A DNA stretch of 64,000 bases. Source: Zancudomyces culisetae HAW-14-8. Its lineage: Eukaryota > Fungi > Kickxellomycota. This document shows positions 10,609 through 21,268 of this stretch, piece after piece (position 1 is the stretch's first letter; every line of letters starts with the position of its first letter). The translations under genes and the position numbers were made by a program. The stretch covers positions 992,001 through 1,056,000 of the forward strand of contig JBNJNM010000007.1 in assembly GCA_052426225.1 (NCBI GenBank). The letters run 5' to 3'. The notes beneath the pieces were generated by a model. It was not told where the DNA came from. It worked only from the letters and a program-made list of their open reading frames with translations, and ran no database searches.

Positions 10609-13600
10609 CTAGGCTCTAAAACACCTAAATTGTATGGAAGATCTATTATTAGCACGCTCAATCAACCCAGCAATCAATTGCCAACTGCCGGTACCAAGTT
10701 GTAGGGACAAGAGTGAACGTTGTAAATCAAAGGAATTGGAGGACACCTTTGGTAACAACACAAGTAGTTCCTTAGGAAGAGTAGTAGCAGGGGGTTCGGT
10801 TGGTGATGCCAGTGGAGGCGAATTGGAATTGGAATTGGAATTGGAATTGGAATTGGAATTGGAATTAGGACCTTTAGCAGACCGAGAATTGGAAGAATAC
10901 GAATGTGGTGATTGTGGAGGAAGCGATGAAGGAGATGAAGGAGTATCGGAAGGATGACGTTTCCAGGTTGTTGATAAATAGGCAAAAAGCAGTCTAAAGG
11001 ATTCATTACTGGACGGCGAGGAATAAGCAGCAAGAGTCTGGATGACAAATAGAATCTCTAGACAAGCCTGTACCAAACCATTGTAGCTGAAGGTGTCAAC
11101 ATACCGGTAAGAGGAAAGCATAACCTGGGCAATGTTGGCCAACATGGTTTGGAAACCACGTCTTATCAAAACGGATTGCCGGCCAATAGAAGTGGAAGAA
11201 GAAGAAGAAGGAGAATAAGAGGAAAGATCACCAAGCCCACCACCAGATGTTTCGGTTGATGCATTTAGGTTTGATCTCGAGTTTGATTTTGAGTTTGAGT
11301 TTGGATTACTCTGGATGGCTTCACCAACCAAATCCAAAATTTCAGCATGTACAAAGACCAGAAATAGCAGAGATTCGTTAATATAAGGACGCAATCCCGA
11401 GACAGGCTCGTGGGTGGCCCAGCTGTAACCACCCATTAGAATACCACGCTTCAACACCAGACCTAACTGCCTGCTCTTTGTCCATATATAACTATTAAAA
11501 ATCAAATCATCAAGTCTCCTAAACATCCTTTCCAGTTGAGGAATCTGAGATGAGAGACTGATACTCATTACCTGGCGCACAGCCTTGGAATGCAACAGGT
11601 CGGGAAGAACCAACATGCGGAATGCATGCATGTTGCACAACGTCACCAGCTTGTAGAAATTGTAGCGGTCGGCTTGTGTAGAAGGAAGCTTTTCACGCTC
11701 AGCTCGCATTGCCAGGAAATACAAGGAATCCATAAACTCATATATACTGGTAATAAACAGGTCGCTTATTTGGTCAATGGAGCGAGTCTTGATGCGGTCG
11801 ACGTGATTCAAGACATGTCGATCAAGACTTGATCGAGTGAACAGATCAGCGACTTGTTTATCATCCTGACCATTGGCCTTCGATCCAACCATTTCCGTTG
11901 TGCCAATGGCTTCAATGTGGCCCAGAATAGCCTGCTGCACGCGCAAATACAGAGGCACCAAGTCAGTGTTGGTGACAGTGGCGGCAAACGATGGAGCTGT
12001 GGAGTCCTCGCCTCCACCCCAGGCCTCATGCAGTTTTTTTAGCATAAAGAACTGTGGCCAGTGCGCTGTACCTCGTCGCAACACCCACGTCTCGTGTATG
12101 TGGAATGTCTTTGCATCAACCTGCCAAAGCTCGCCCAACACAAGCAGTATTCCGTATTTCAACTGACTAACCACAACTTCCAACATGTCTCTGATCTGAT
12201 CGCTGATCCGCAGCGCTACAATATCGTTGACTGCATCTGTCACTGTCTCCACAATTGTCGTCATAAAATATCCTGCCACTAATGTGTGCGATTGCGGAAG
12301 ACTCTGTGCCACTTTTTCTGCAAAACCTGGTTCTGTCTCCATCTCTCTTAACATCAATCCCTCTACTCCACTTTTTTCTTTTTCTTTTTCTCCATTTTCT
12401 TTTTCTCCATTTTCTTTGTTATGCTTTACTAATCTTAGCATTTCAAACAATTGTCGTCCAAACACTGCAATTGCCTGTTCAACAAACTGATAACATTGTC
12501 GTGCCTTTTCATCACTATTGTCAGTATATCTATCACTGCTTACACTTCCTCTGTACTTACTATCCATGTGCGATCGTGCCAGCTTCCAGAAATCCGGAAC
12601 ACTCCGTACAATTACCGTGCTAAGACTCTTAATCGCTCCCAAAATCACCCGCCACTTCTCAAACTCAACATCGCTGCCCGCTGTCGAAAAACTATAATCC
12701 AGCATCCCTTGTGTCTCCAATGCCCGTTTCATCTCCTCCCCTCGTTTCCGCAGCTCCTTCTCCTCATTCGTACCATCTCCTACCTCCCCTGGCTGCTTAT
12801 CTACCCCAAACTCTGTATCTACTATCACAGCTGCTCTTCTTACACTCAGACTTTCAAGTTTTTCATCCATCGCTTCATGCACTTCTCGCAACTGTGCTAG
12901 AATCCATTGGTGTTGTCTTTCAAGGAAGTATCCTACCGGATCGCCCGATACTGCTCCCAGCTCGTACAAATACTTGATCACCGACTCCTGCTCCTCAATT
13001 GTCCTGTATGTCTGCCCCAAATGTGAATACAACTCTCCCTGCAGTTCCTCCACGCTACGCTGCACCTCTGTCCACACATTATCCACAATATTATCTAGCG
13101 CTGTCGTTTGTCGCAATTCTGTCCCCGTCTCCTCTCCACTCTGCTTCAGCTGCTTCAGCAACATCCTCCCCTTCTTGTACTCTCGTACCGCTTCGTCAAA
13201 TTTTCCCTGTCTCGTCATCTCCATCAATGTATACGGCAAATTGAAAAAAAACTTGTACCTCCCTACTATACTCAGTGTACTTCGGATCTTCTCCGCTTGT
13301 GTTCGTCGTGCTATAATCGGATTGTATATATTCTCCGCCCTCTCCGTACACTTCTCTATCGCCAACTGAAAACTCTTTGTTCCATACTCCTCCACTTCAT
13401 TCAAACTGTTCTCCTTCATCTCATCGTACATCATATCTATTTTGTTCTTGGCCTCCACAAACCTATTGAAATTATGTCGCACCAATATTTTCAGTGCCTC
13501 TGAACGTTGCGAAACCGCCGCCCTCAATGTCTTGGCGCCCTGTATCAAATCTCCATATGTTGCATCCTTTTGCACTGTTACCAAATAATCGCTCGCTGAA

Positions 13601-14049
13601 AACATCCGATGTGTCACAAAATACTTTGCCCTAAAACTCAAATCATTCATCATCATTGGATCTTCTTGTTGATACAACACCTCCATTATCGACGGTTTCA
13701 GCCCCAGCGGATCATAGTCCTTAAATACCGCATACTGTTTCAGCTTCTCCTCCTCCTCAACCGCTCCGCCTTTGCCCTCAGGTTCAGCCTTCTCGCCTCC
13801 CATCCCTACCCCTACCCCTCCTACCCCCAGTTCTTCCTCTTCCTCCCCCTCCTCTTTTTCTCTCTCTCCAGGTATTTCTCGCCAAGTCGTTACATTGAAC
13901 GATTCCAAGCCATAGTACCTAAGAACTATTTATTTATTTATTTATTCATACATCCATTCGTTTGTTTGTTTATTTAGAATTTCCCACTTTATTAAGGTTT
14001 AGATTTATTCATTTTTTTACTTACCCTCTGTATCATCAAACATGTTCAT
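10609..14049 (-). CDS. SEC5: Exocyst subunit Sec5/EXOC2; exons 14049-14025 and 13925-10609
   Basis: DPLG, LKILVRHNFNRFVEAKNKID and YKFFFNLP...YKKGR motifs. A 99-nt intron (GTAAGT at 14024, TAG at 13926) gives the N-terminus MNMFDDTEVLRYYGLESFN, resembling the fungal Sec5 N-terminal motif. Confidence 0.92.
10821..10866. repeat. (GGAATT)n hexamer repeat encoding an Asn-Ser run in Sec5
   Basis: Tandem ggaatt units; NSNSNSNS in the protein. Confidence 0.9.
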
Positions 14050-15337
14050 CCCCTCAATATCACTCGTATATATTCCGTCCCGTTATTCTTATTTCTTTAT
14101 TATTGCAATATAGCACAATATACTACACTACACTATATTATACTATACTATACTCTTTTTTTTCCGTCTTTATTTTCTTTCTAGTCAAAACCACAAATTT
14201 CTCTAGAGTCCTTTTGTTTTGTTCGTTTGTATATTATTCTTTTTTTTTTCTCCAACCACATCAAATTCTCTAGTAATATTCTCGTTCCTCTACCATTTAA
14301 CGCAAAAAGAACAAATAACAATTCTAACAATAAATAATACTGTACTCTATTTTAATTTAATTTAATTTGCTTTTATCTTATTTACAGATTTTTCGGTTCT
14401 TATATTATTAATGTGTATTTATTTACACACTCTTTGTATCTTTTAACCGCTATTTCTGGTTTTTTTATTTTAAAAAAATTAAAATAAAATTAAAATAAAA
14501 TATTATACCATATTATATTATGGTGCAAGTTTTTCAATCTCAGCTTTTTTATTTTATTTTATTTTATTTGTTGTAATATTTGCCACACCATACATATTAT
14601 TTTTATATTATTAGTATATGCAACTGAAAATTACACTAGTAATGAAAATATCAAAAATAAAACAAAAATATCAAAAGAATAAAAGAGTAAAAAGCCTAAC
14701 CAGTGATTCATTTTTATTGTTTCTTTAGCCCAACTATTACCAGTATGGAATGGGAATATCAATGAGATAGGAGAAAGGAACAGAGATTTTGTTTTTTGTT
14801 TTTTTTTTCCAATAATTTTGTTCTTGACATTTTTATTTGCCTATTAATTCAGTTTATTTTATTTGCTGTTTATTCTACTCATCTACCAATAACAAACCAA
14901 CTTGTCAAAATACAAAATATAAAGTACTGGTATAACAAGTACCTTTATCCCAATAAATTTGAAAAGTGAATAATAATATTCCTTTCTTGCTCTTTTAAAT
15001 CATATATTATAATATAATCATCATATTCAGTATTCAAACAGAAAAATAGACAAGTAAATTTAAAAAAATCAAAACTTGGAACCATCTGTTTAGTGTTGTT
15101 ATTTCTAATAAATTGGCTTTTTAAAGCTAAAATGTAAATACTCTATAAAATAAAATAATTATTAGTATAATTATATTGTAATAATATATCTAGTAAAAAG
15201 GTTTAAAAAAAAACGCCTAATAAATAATGGTTTACCATCAAAATGTCTAAATTTTTTTCTTCTCCTCCTTCTCCTCCTTCTCCTCCTTCTTCACCTCTTT
15301 CCTTCAATACACAAATACAAACATTATGCATAGGAGA

Positions 15338-16414
15338 CTATTTATCTCCGACCTTAGTTCTGTATTCCTGGTTGGACCAAGTCAACAACTCATAAATACT
15401 CGCTCCAATAAACCCACCCAAAAATGAACCAACTATGCTAGCAACCATAAAGATTGTTGTCTTTTTCAAAATATCTAGGGACCCAAAGACCATCCATGTT
15501 AGAGTTCTAAACGCAATATCAAGGATTGGATTAAAACTACCGCCATAGTCTGTGAACCCAAATATAAGCTTGCATCCAGCATAACTCATTCCAATTGCAA
15601 TTGGTGCAGTATGCCGCATTGATACATTTTTGATGTCGGTGATTGCAAACACTGCAATGACAAAGATGCATGACCCAACAAGTTCACTGATAAATGCGTG
15701 TAAAAAATCTCCCTTTGAAAATACATAGTTGAAATACCGTGTTGCGGCTGCAGCTGCGGTTGCTGTCGATTGGGTGGTATCCATCACACTTCCTCCTCTC
15801 AACTTGAATGGTATATCTGATAAACACAAATTCGAAATAATATAGAGGAATGAACCTGGAAATCCAAATATATTTCCCTTTGAAGTACAGCTAGTATTGA
15901 TATATGGTCGGTAACTGTCCAGATTTGCAATTCTATCCAAGTTCCTCTGCATCATGGTAGATGTCGCAGTTCCATTCAACAACTTGGCAAATTCTATACC
16001 CTGTGCAGGATCCTCAAACTCTAGCTGACTCTTGCTAATCAGTACACTTCGGATTGCTGGCAAATAGATCAGGTACGCCAAGTAGCACGCCAGAAATGCC
16101 GCTACTACCTGGAGCAAAAAGTACACAATTGCTCGCAGCACACTAAATCGGCGATATATGCTGAAACTCAGAGTAACTGCTGGGTTCAAGTGTCCGCCAG
16201 ATAACCCACCGCATATAAATATACCTACCATCAGCGCCAGTCCATACGCAAAGCTGTTGAGTACGTGCATATTCTTCCCTTTGTCACCTCCATAGATCTG
16301 TTGAAACAGCACACTGGATGACAAAAATACAAATACAAACGTTCCCAAAAACTCTGCTATAAATGGAGACGCCTTGAACGTCTTTGTTCGTAGTGTTGAT
16401 CCTCGCCTTGCCAT
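15338..16414 (-). CDS. MIP-family channel, aquaglyceroporin-like, with non-canonical second motif
   Basis: AEFLGTF, SGGHLNPAVT, ELVGS, GGSFNPILD; six hydrophobic helices; long loop C. Confidence 0.92.
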   Translation of the reverse strand: MARRGSTLRTKTFKASPFIAEFLGTFVFVFLSSSVLFQQIYGGDKGKNMHVLNSFAYGLALMVGIFICGGLSGGHLNPAVTLSFSIYRRFSVLRAIVYFLLQVVAAFLACYLAYLIYLPAIRSVLISKSQLEFEDPAQGIEFAKLLNGTATSTMMQRNLDRIANLDSYRPYINTSCTSKGNIFGFPGSFLYIISNLCLSDIPFKLRGGSVMDTTQSTATAAAAATRYFNYVFSKGDFLHAFISELVGSCIFVIAVFAITDIKNVSMRHTAPIAIGMSYAGCKLIFGFTDYGGSFNPILDIAFRTLTWMVFGSLDILKKTTIFMVASIVGSFLGGFIGASIYELLTWSNQEYRTKVGDK

Positions 16415-18923
16415 TGTTTTTTCTTTTTTTCTTTTATACTTTTGTATTTTCTAGTTTTGATTAAAAGATGGTTTCGAATCGCAAAAAAAGTAATTAGTGT
16501 TAGAAGAATCAATGATATTACCCTGTTGTTAAACCCTTATTCTTATTATATCCCGGTTATTTTTGTAAATATAAGATTTTTTTTTTAACCCGTAAAATGT
16601 AGTAAGTGTTATTTTTTTTTGTTTTCTTTCTCTACTTTTAACCAAGTTATTGTCAATTAAAACAATAATAAAAAGCAGGAGGATAGAGTCTGTAATGCTA
16701 ATGTACTTGAAAAAATGAAAATGAGCTACGTTGCTTTTGCTTTTGCTTTTGCTTTAGTTCTTTTGTTAATAGTGTTGTAAATGAAAGTCTATGATTCTAG
16801 TTAAGGAATGTATGATGCTTCTTTTTTAATGATATGCATAAATGCTAAAAAATAATGATAATGTTCTTTCTGTACTAGTTATTAGAAATAGTAAAAGGAA
16901 AAAGGAAAAAGGAAAAACGGAACATCTCTTTTTTTTGTTTTTGTTTTTGTTTTTGTATTTTCTGAACCTAGAGTATCAGTTTGTTCTTTCTTTTATTTGA
17001 GTCTTTCCAGACAACAACAAATAGTATCGACACATAAAGTAATACTAGGATAGTATTGGTACTTTGCTGTGGTAATATAATGCCTACCAGCAAAGTAATA
17101 GTTATATTAGTTGATGCTCGTAGGTCTTTTTTTTTTTCTTTTTTGAGAAACTAGAATGATGATTATAGTTTATGCTGTTTTTGTACACTTTAATATACCT
17201 TAGCCATACCTCTCCTCCTTCTCCTCATATCTCTCTCCCCTTATTAATCCTTCTACTTTTTAGGCTCGACTAAATTTCCTAGCTTAATTATTCTGAATAA
17301 AATAAAGTTTGGAGATTAATTTCAAAAATAAAAGAAAAAAAGACAAATTAATAATCGGCCAGACACTAGCCAAGTTTAACAACTATTGGGTGGATGAAGT
17401 GGGAGAGGGTGAGGGGAGGAGGGGAGACGTTGATGGAGAGACTCGAAAGGGTAGATCACTTAGCACTATACATAACTTGTATAAAGGATATACCGCATCT
17501 AGACCTCTTTGGTTCATATCCAGTTGCAAATGGTTATTGCAAAAGTAATATAAATAAATAAAAATGAAGTCTCAAACTGCAAAAACAAGAACTTGAATTC
17601 GATTAAATTGGAAAATGGATCCTTTGCTCTATTATTTTCATGCAATATAACCGAGATACTCGAACATATTTTTTTTTAAAGATATTAATATGTAAAAAAA
17701 TAAACAAAAAAATAAACAAAAAAAAAAACGCACTACACTTTGCCACAAACAAACTTGGGATACTGATACCAAAGTTTGCTATACTAGTGTTGGATTCTGG
17801 TTTAATAAACGGAATACAAAAGATCAAACTTATTTTCAAGTATTTATCCGTCTCATGTTGTACACCCCATAATCCTGGAATTAAACACTCCGTACCTTAT
17901 AGTTGCTCATTCAACTGCGCACAAACATGATGAGTTTTTTTTTTATTAGCACTATTATGCTTGTCCATTCACAATGTTATAGATTTATATATGGAGAAAA
18001 AAATGGTATTTTAGGAGGAAAAGAGCTATAGAGGGGAAAACAAGGAAAAATGTGAGTTGGGTGAGCAAAGGGAGAGGGGTGAGGGCAGGATGAAGAGAAA
18101 AAAAAGGGAGGGATGTTTAGTGAGGCTTCCCTAGAGTAGATGGAAATACTCTTTATTTTCAGAATAGCCACAAACACATATATATAACTATATGTGGGTG
18201 GGTGAATGTATGAATGAATTTGTATTTCCCTGATCCTATATACAGCCATCATGGAATGGATAAAAGTAAGAATTAGGCCCTACTCTTATTATTAATGGTC
18301 TGGGTACCAACAATTTATAACTATTACACCATCTGTCCTGTTTTAATTATATTCCATTGATTATTAAACTCGGAAAAAAATGTGTGCTTTTAATGGTTTT
18401 TTTTTTAAAAAATTTGTAATGACCAAAGTCCCCATTGTTTTAATGACAGTGGTATTAGCTCACAATCCGCAATTACTGTACTATCAATCGATATTGAAAA
18501 GTATACAAATGAGTATAAAATTAATAAAACCCTCTTATTTTCGAAATATCAAGAGTTCTCAATCGATTATAAAGTACAAAAACCTGAGCAAAATATTCAC
18601 CAATAATGAAAGAAATAAACTAAGAAATACAAGTGAAATACAACAAGAGCAAAAGTATTTGAAACGAAAAAAATATTAAAAAAATTTTTTTTTAATACAA
18701 AAATATACACTTTCATATGAAACCTTTGAGGTACAGATATTAGTGTTCATTTAATTGGATAATAAAATTGTCACTGAAATAAAATATTACCAAAAATATA
18801 TCTGTAGATGAAAATGAATTGATAAAATAAGCAAAATAAAAAGGAAATTTTTTAAAAAAGATAAACTAATAATTCGACATTCTCAATATAAGTCATTAAC
18901 ATAACGCCACCAAGTAGGATAAA

Positions 18924-19727
18924 ATGTCAAACCTTAGAATTCTGGTAGGAGTCAAAAGAGTCATTGACTACGCCGTCAAGGTCCGCGTTAATCGGGCACA
19001 AACCGGCGTCGAAGTTGCCAACGTCAAGCACAGCATCAATCCCTTTGACGAAATCGGAGTTGAGGAAGCCATCCGGATCCGTGAGCGATTTGCCAAGGCC
19101 AAGAGTCCTACAAGTGTTGAAATCGTTGCAGTTTCATGTGGACCACCAAAGAGCCAAGAGGTTCTACGTACAGCGTTGGCCATGGGTGCAGATCGCGCAA
19201 TCCATGTTGAGTACGGCAAGGATAACGAGCAAAACACGATTGAACCACTGGTGGTAGCCAAGTTGTTCAATGAAATAGTAAAGAAGGAGCAACCAGGGTT
19301 GGTGATTATGGGTAAGCAGGCAATTGATGACGACAGTGGACAGTGCGGACAGATTCTGGCAGGGCTTATGGATGTGTCACAGGCCACCAATGTGTCAAAG
19401 CTGGATGTAGAGCCAATGGAGGCACCAAAGACATTGACAACAATGTGTGAGATCGATGGAGGAATGGAAACACTAAAGTGCGAGCTTCCAGCAGTGGTAA
19501 CAACCGACCTGCGCCTCAACGAACCACGGTTTGTGTCACTGCCCAACCTGGTCAAGGCCAAGAAGAAGCCAATCAACAAGCTCACACCAGCAGATCTCGG
19601 AATTGACATAGTGTCAAAGCTGGAAACACTGAAGGTCAACGAACCACCAGTGCGTAAGGCAGGAATCAAGGTAGAAAGTGTTGACGAGTTGTTGGACAAG
19701 CTTCGTAATGAGGCAAAGGTTATTTAA
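18924..19727 (+). CDS. ETFB: Electron transfer flavoprotein beta subunit
   Basis: [57 protein letters not shown]. Confidence 0.97.
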   Translation: MSNLRILVGVKRVIDYAVKVRVNRAQTGVEVANVKHSINPFDEIGVEEAIRIRERFAKAKSPTSVEIVAVSCGPPKSQEVLRTALAMGADRAIHVEYGKDNEQNTIEPLVVAKLFNEIVKKEQPGLVIMGKQAIDDDSGQCGQILAGLMDVSQATNVSKLDVEPMEAPKTLTTMCEIDGGMETLKCELPAVVTTDLRLNEPRFVSLPNLVKAKKKPINKLTPADLGIDIVSKLETLKVNEPPVRKAGIKVESVDELLDKLRNEAKVI

Positions 19728-19816
19728 GAAACTAGCAAAGTCTTTTTTTTTTTCTACAAATGGATGATGATAGTAAATAAATAAACAAAACAAATGAAGT
19801 AAAGATAAAATTACAG

Positions 19817-21268
19817 TTAAGAAATGAGTTGAAGAACAGGTTTGTTTGCGGAAAGAGCCAGGGCATTTGCCCAGTCTAGATCGGTTCTAAGGGGCAGAAA
19901 AGAGCCAGAGTTTGTGCGGTATACTAGATTTACAGCCGAAATAGGCAGGCGTGAGTACAGGCGCGAAAGCAGGTCGGGCAAGGAGCAGTCATCAGGAACT
20001 TTGAGAGCGATGATTTCGCTGTTGTAGAGAACCTTTACTTTGATAAAAGGTGGGTGGGAAAGAGTAGAAAACGACTGCGACAGGCCAGAGTGAGAGTCAA
20101 TGCTTGGAGATTTGGAAGTGTTTACGTCGCTCAGTGTGCGGTATAGCTTGGAAGATATCTGGTGGCCAGAAGCAGATAGCTGCAGCAACCCAAACAGTAA
20201 CGTGCTGCTCAAAACTGAGGGAAAGACTTTTATTAGCTCTTGAATAAACAAATTGAGTTCGGACCGACGCCGTGAAGCAATTCCGTCCGTCATAAATGCA
20301 TACCCGCTCTTGTTGAGCAGTTTGTGTTGCATTGACCCAACAATCCCAGGGTTTTGTTGAGTTATAACGTTGTAAAACTCCATAAAATCATCCCAGCTGC
20401 GATACACACGTCCCTTGCTGCGATTGACCAGCGTGTATTCCAGCAAGTATAGATACTCTCCGTCCTTTGAGATAAACGACGGCACCTGCAACCGCTGTAC
20501 ACGCACTGCTCCTGCTGCCACGTCGTTGCCTTCCTGCCCGCTACCTTGTCCCATCGAACTGAGTCCAATCATAGAATGGTATCCTTTTCCTGAGATTCCT
20601 TCCCCTACCCGGCTGCCCACTATCATTGTCTGGCCTCGCAGTCGTGCCAGTGAGTCTTGGTGGTCTCCGCTGCTCGTGTTGCTGTGATATTCATATCCCC
20701 GCTCACTTTCCCGCCCTTCATACTCTTTCTTCTCTGCAAGTGTCTCCCGCTTCCAGTCCTCAACATCCGGAAGTTTGATTTGATACTTTTCCAGATATTT
20801 TCCGATGTCTTTGGTAATGTTGTTTGTGTCTGGCTCTATCATTGCCACGTATGTAACTGGGACAAGCCCCACGTTTGATTGCTTATCTGCATGTTCCGCT
20901 ACAAACCAATCCTTCGTGCTCTCTGCATGTATTACCAACTTGTCTCCCTCCCGCACCGTTAGCTCATCTGCTCTCTCTGCATAGAAATCGTACAATGTCA
21001 CCGCATACACTTTTTGCTCGCTCTTTGGCTCTTCTTTTTGCTGTTCTTTCTTTCTTTTCTCTATTTGTTCTGTTCGACTCATTAACGACTCGAAGCATTC
21101 TACTGGCACTTTTCCATACACCTGCGTTAGCGGGTTGCTAACTCTATAATACCCCTCTTTATCTATTTCCGTCACGTAAAAAAAGTCTCCCTTTTTAAAT
21201 GAGAGCTCGCCCTCCGTTCTTCTCTGGTAGTCACGCAGCGCCTTGATTACTTTCTTGGGCGCCTGCAT
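19817..21268 (-). CDS. BEM1: Polarity scaffold Bem1/Scd2 (SH3-SH3-PX-PB1)
   Basis: VIKALRDY...ELSFKKGDFF; YAVTLYDFYAERADEL...GLVPVTYV; PX VYRSWDDF; PB1 IKVKVLY...IIALKV. Confidence 0.92.
   Translation of the reverse strand: MQAPKKVIKALRDYQRRTEGELSFKKGDFFYVTEIDKEGYYRVSNPLTQVYGKVPVECFESLMSRTEQIEKRKKEQQKEEPKSEQKVYAVTLYDFYAERADELTVREGDKLVIHAESTKDWFVAEHADKQSNVGLVPVTYVAMIEPDTNNITKDIGKYLEKYQIKLPDVEDWKRETLAEKKEYEGRESERGYEYHSNTSSGDHQDSLARLRGQTMIVGSRVGEGISGKGYHSMIGLSSMGQGSGQEGNDVAAGAVRVQRLQVPSFISKDGEYLYLLEYTLVNRSKGRVYRSWDDFMEFYNVITQQNPGIVGSMQHKLLNKSGYAFMTDGIASRRRSELNLFIQELIKVFPSVLSSTLLFGLLQLSASGHQISSKLYRTLSDVNTSKSPSIDSHSGLSQSFSTLSHPPFIKVKVLYNSEIIALKVPDDCSLPDLLSRLYSRLPISAVNLVYRTNSGSFLPLRTDLDWANALALSANKPVLQLIS

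Noticed and set aside
17844-17870. Minus-strand MGCTT-TGA-DG-stop resembling a C-terminal CxxU selenoprotein motif (some early-diverging fungi use Sec)
   Set aside because: No upstream ORF or recognisable selenoprotein domain; the nearby hairpin at 17748-17779 lacks the SECIS AUGA/GA core.
18968-19699. 243-aa antisense ORF over ETFB, and similar shadow ORFs over SEC5, GCN4, SNT1 and the SH3 gene
   Set aside because: Explained by codon bias and repeats of the sense gene; no independent protein motifs.
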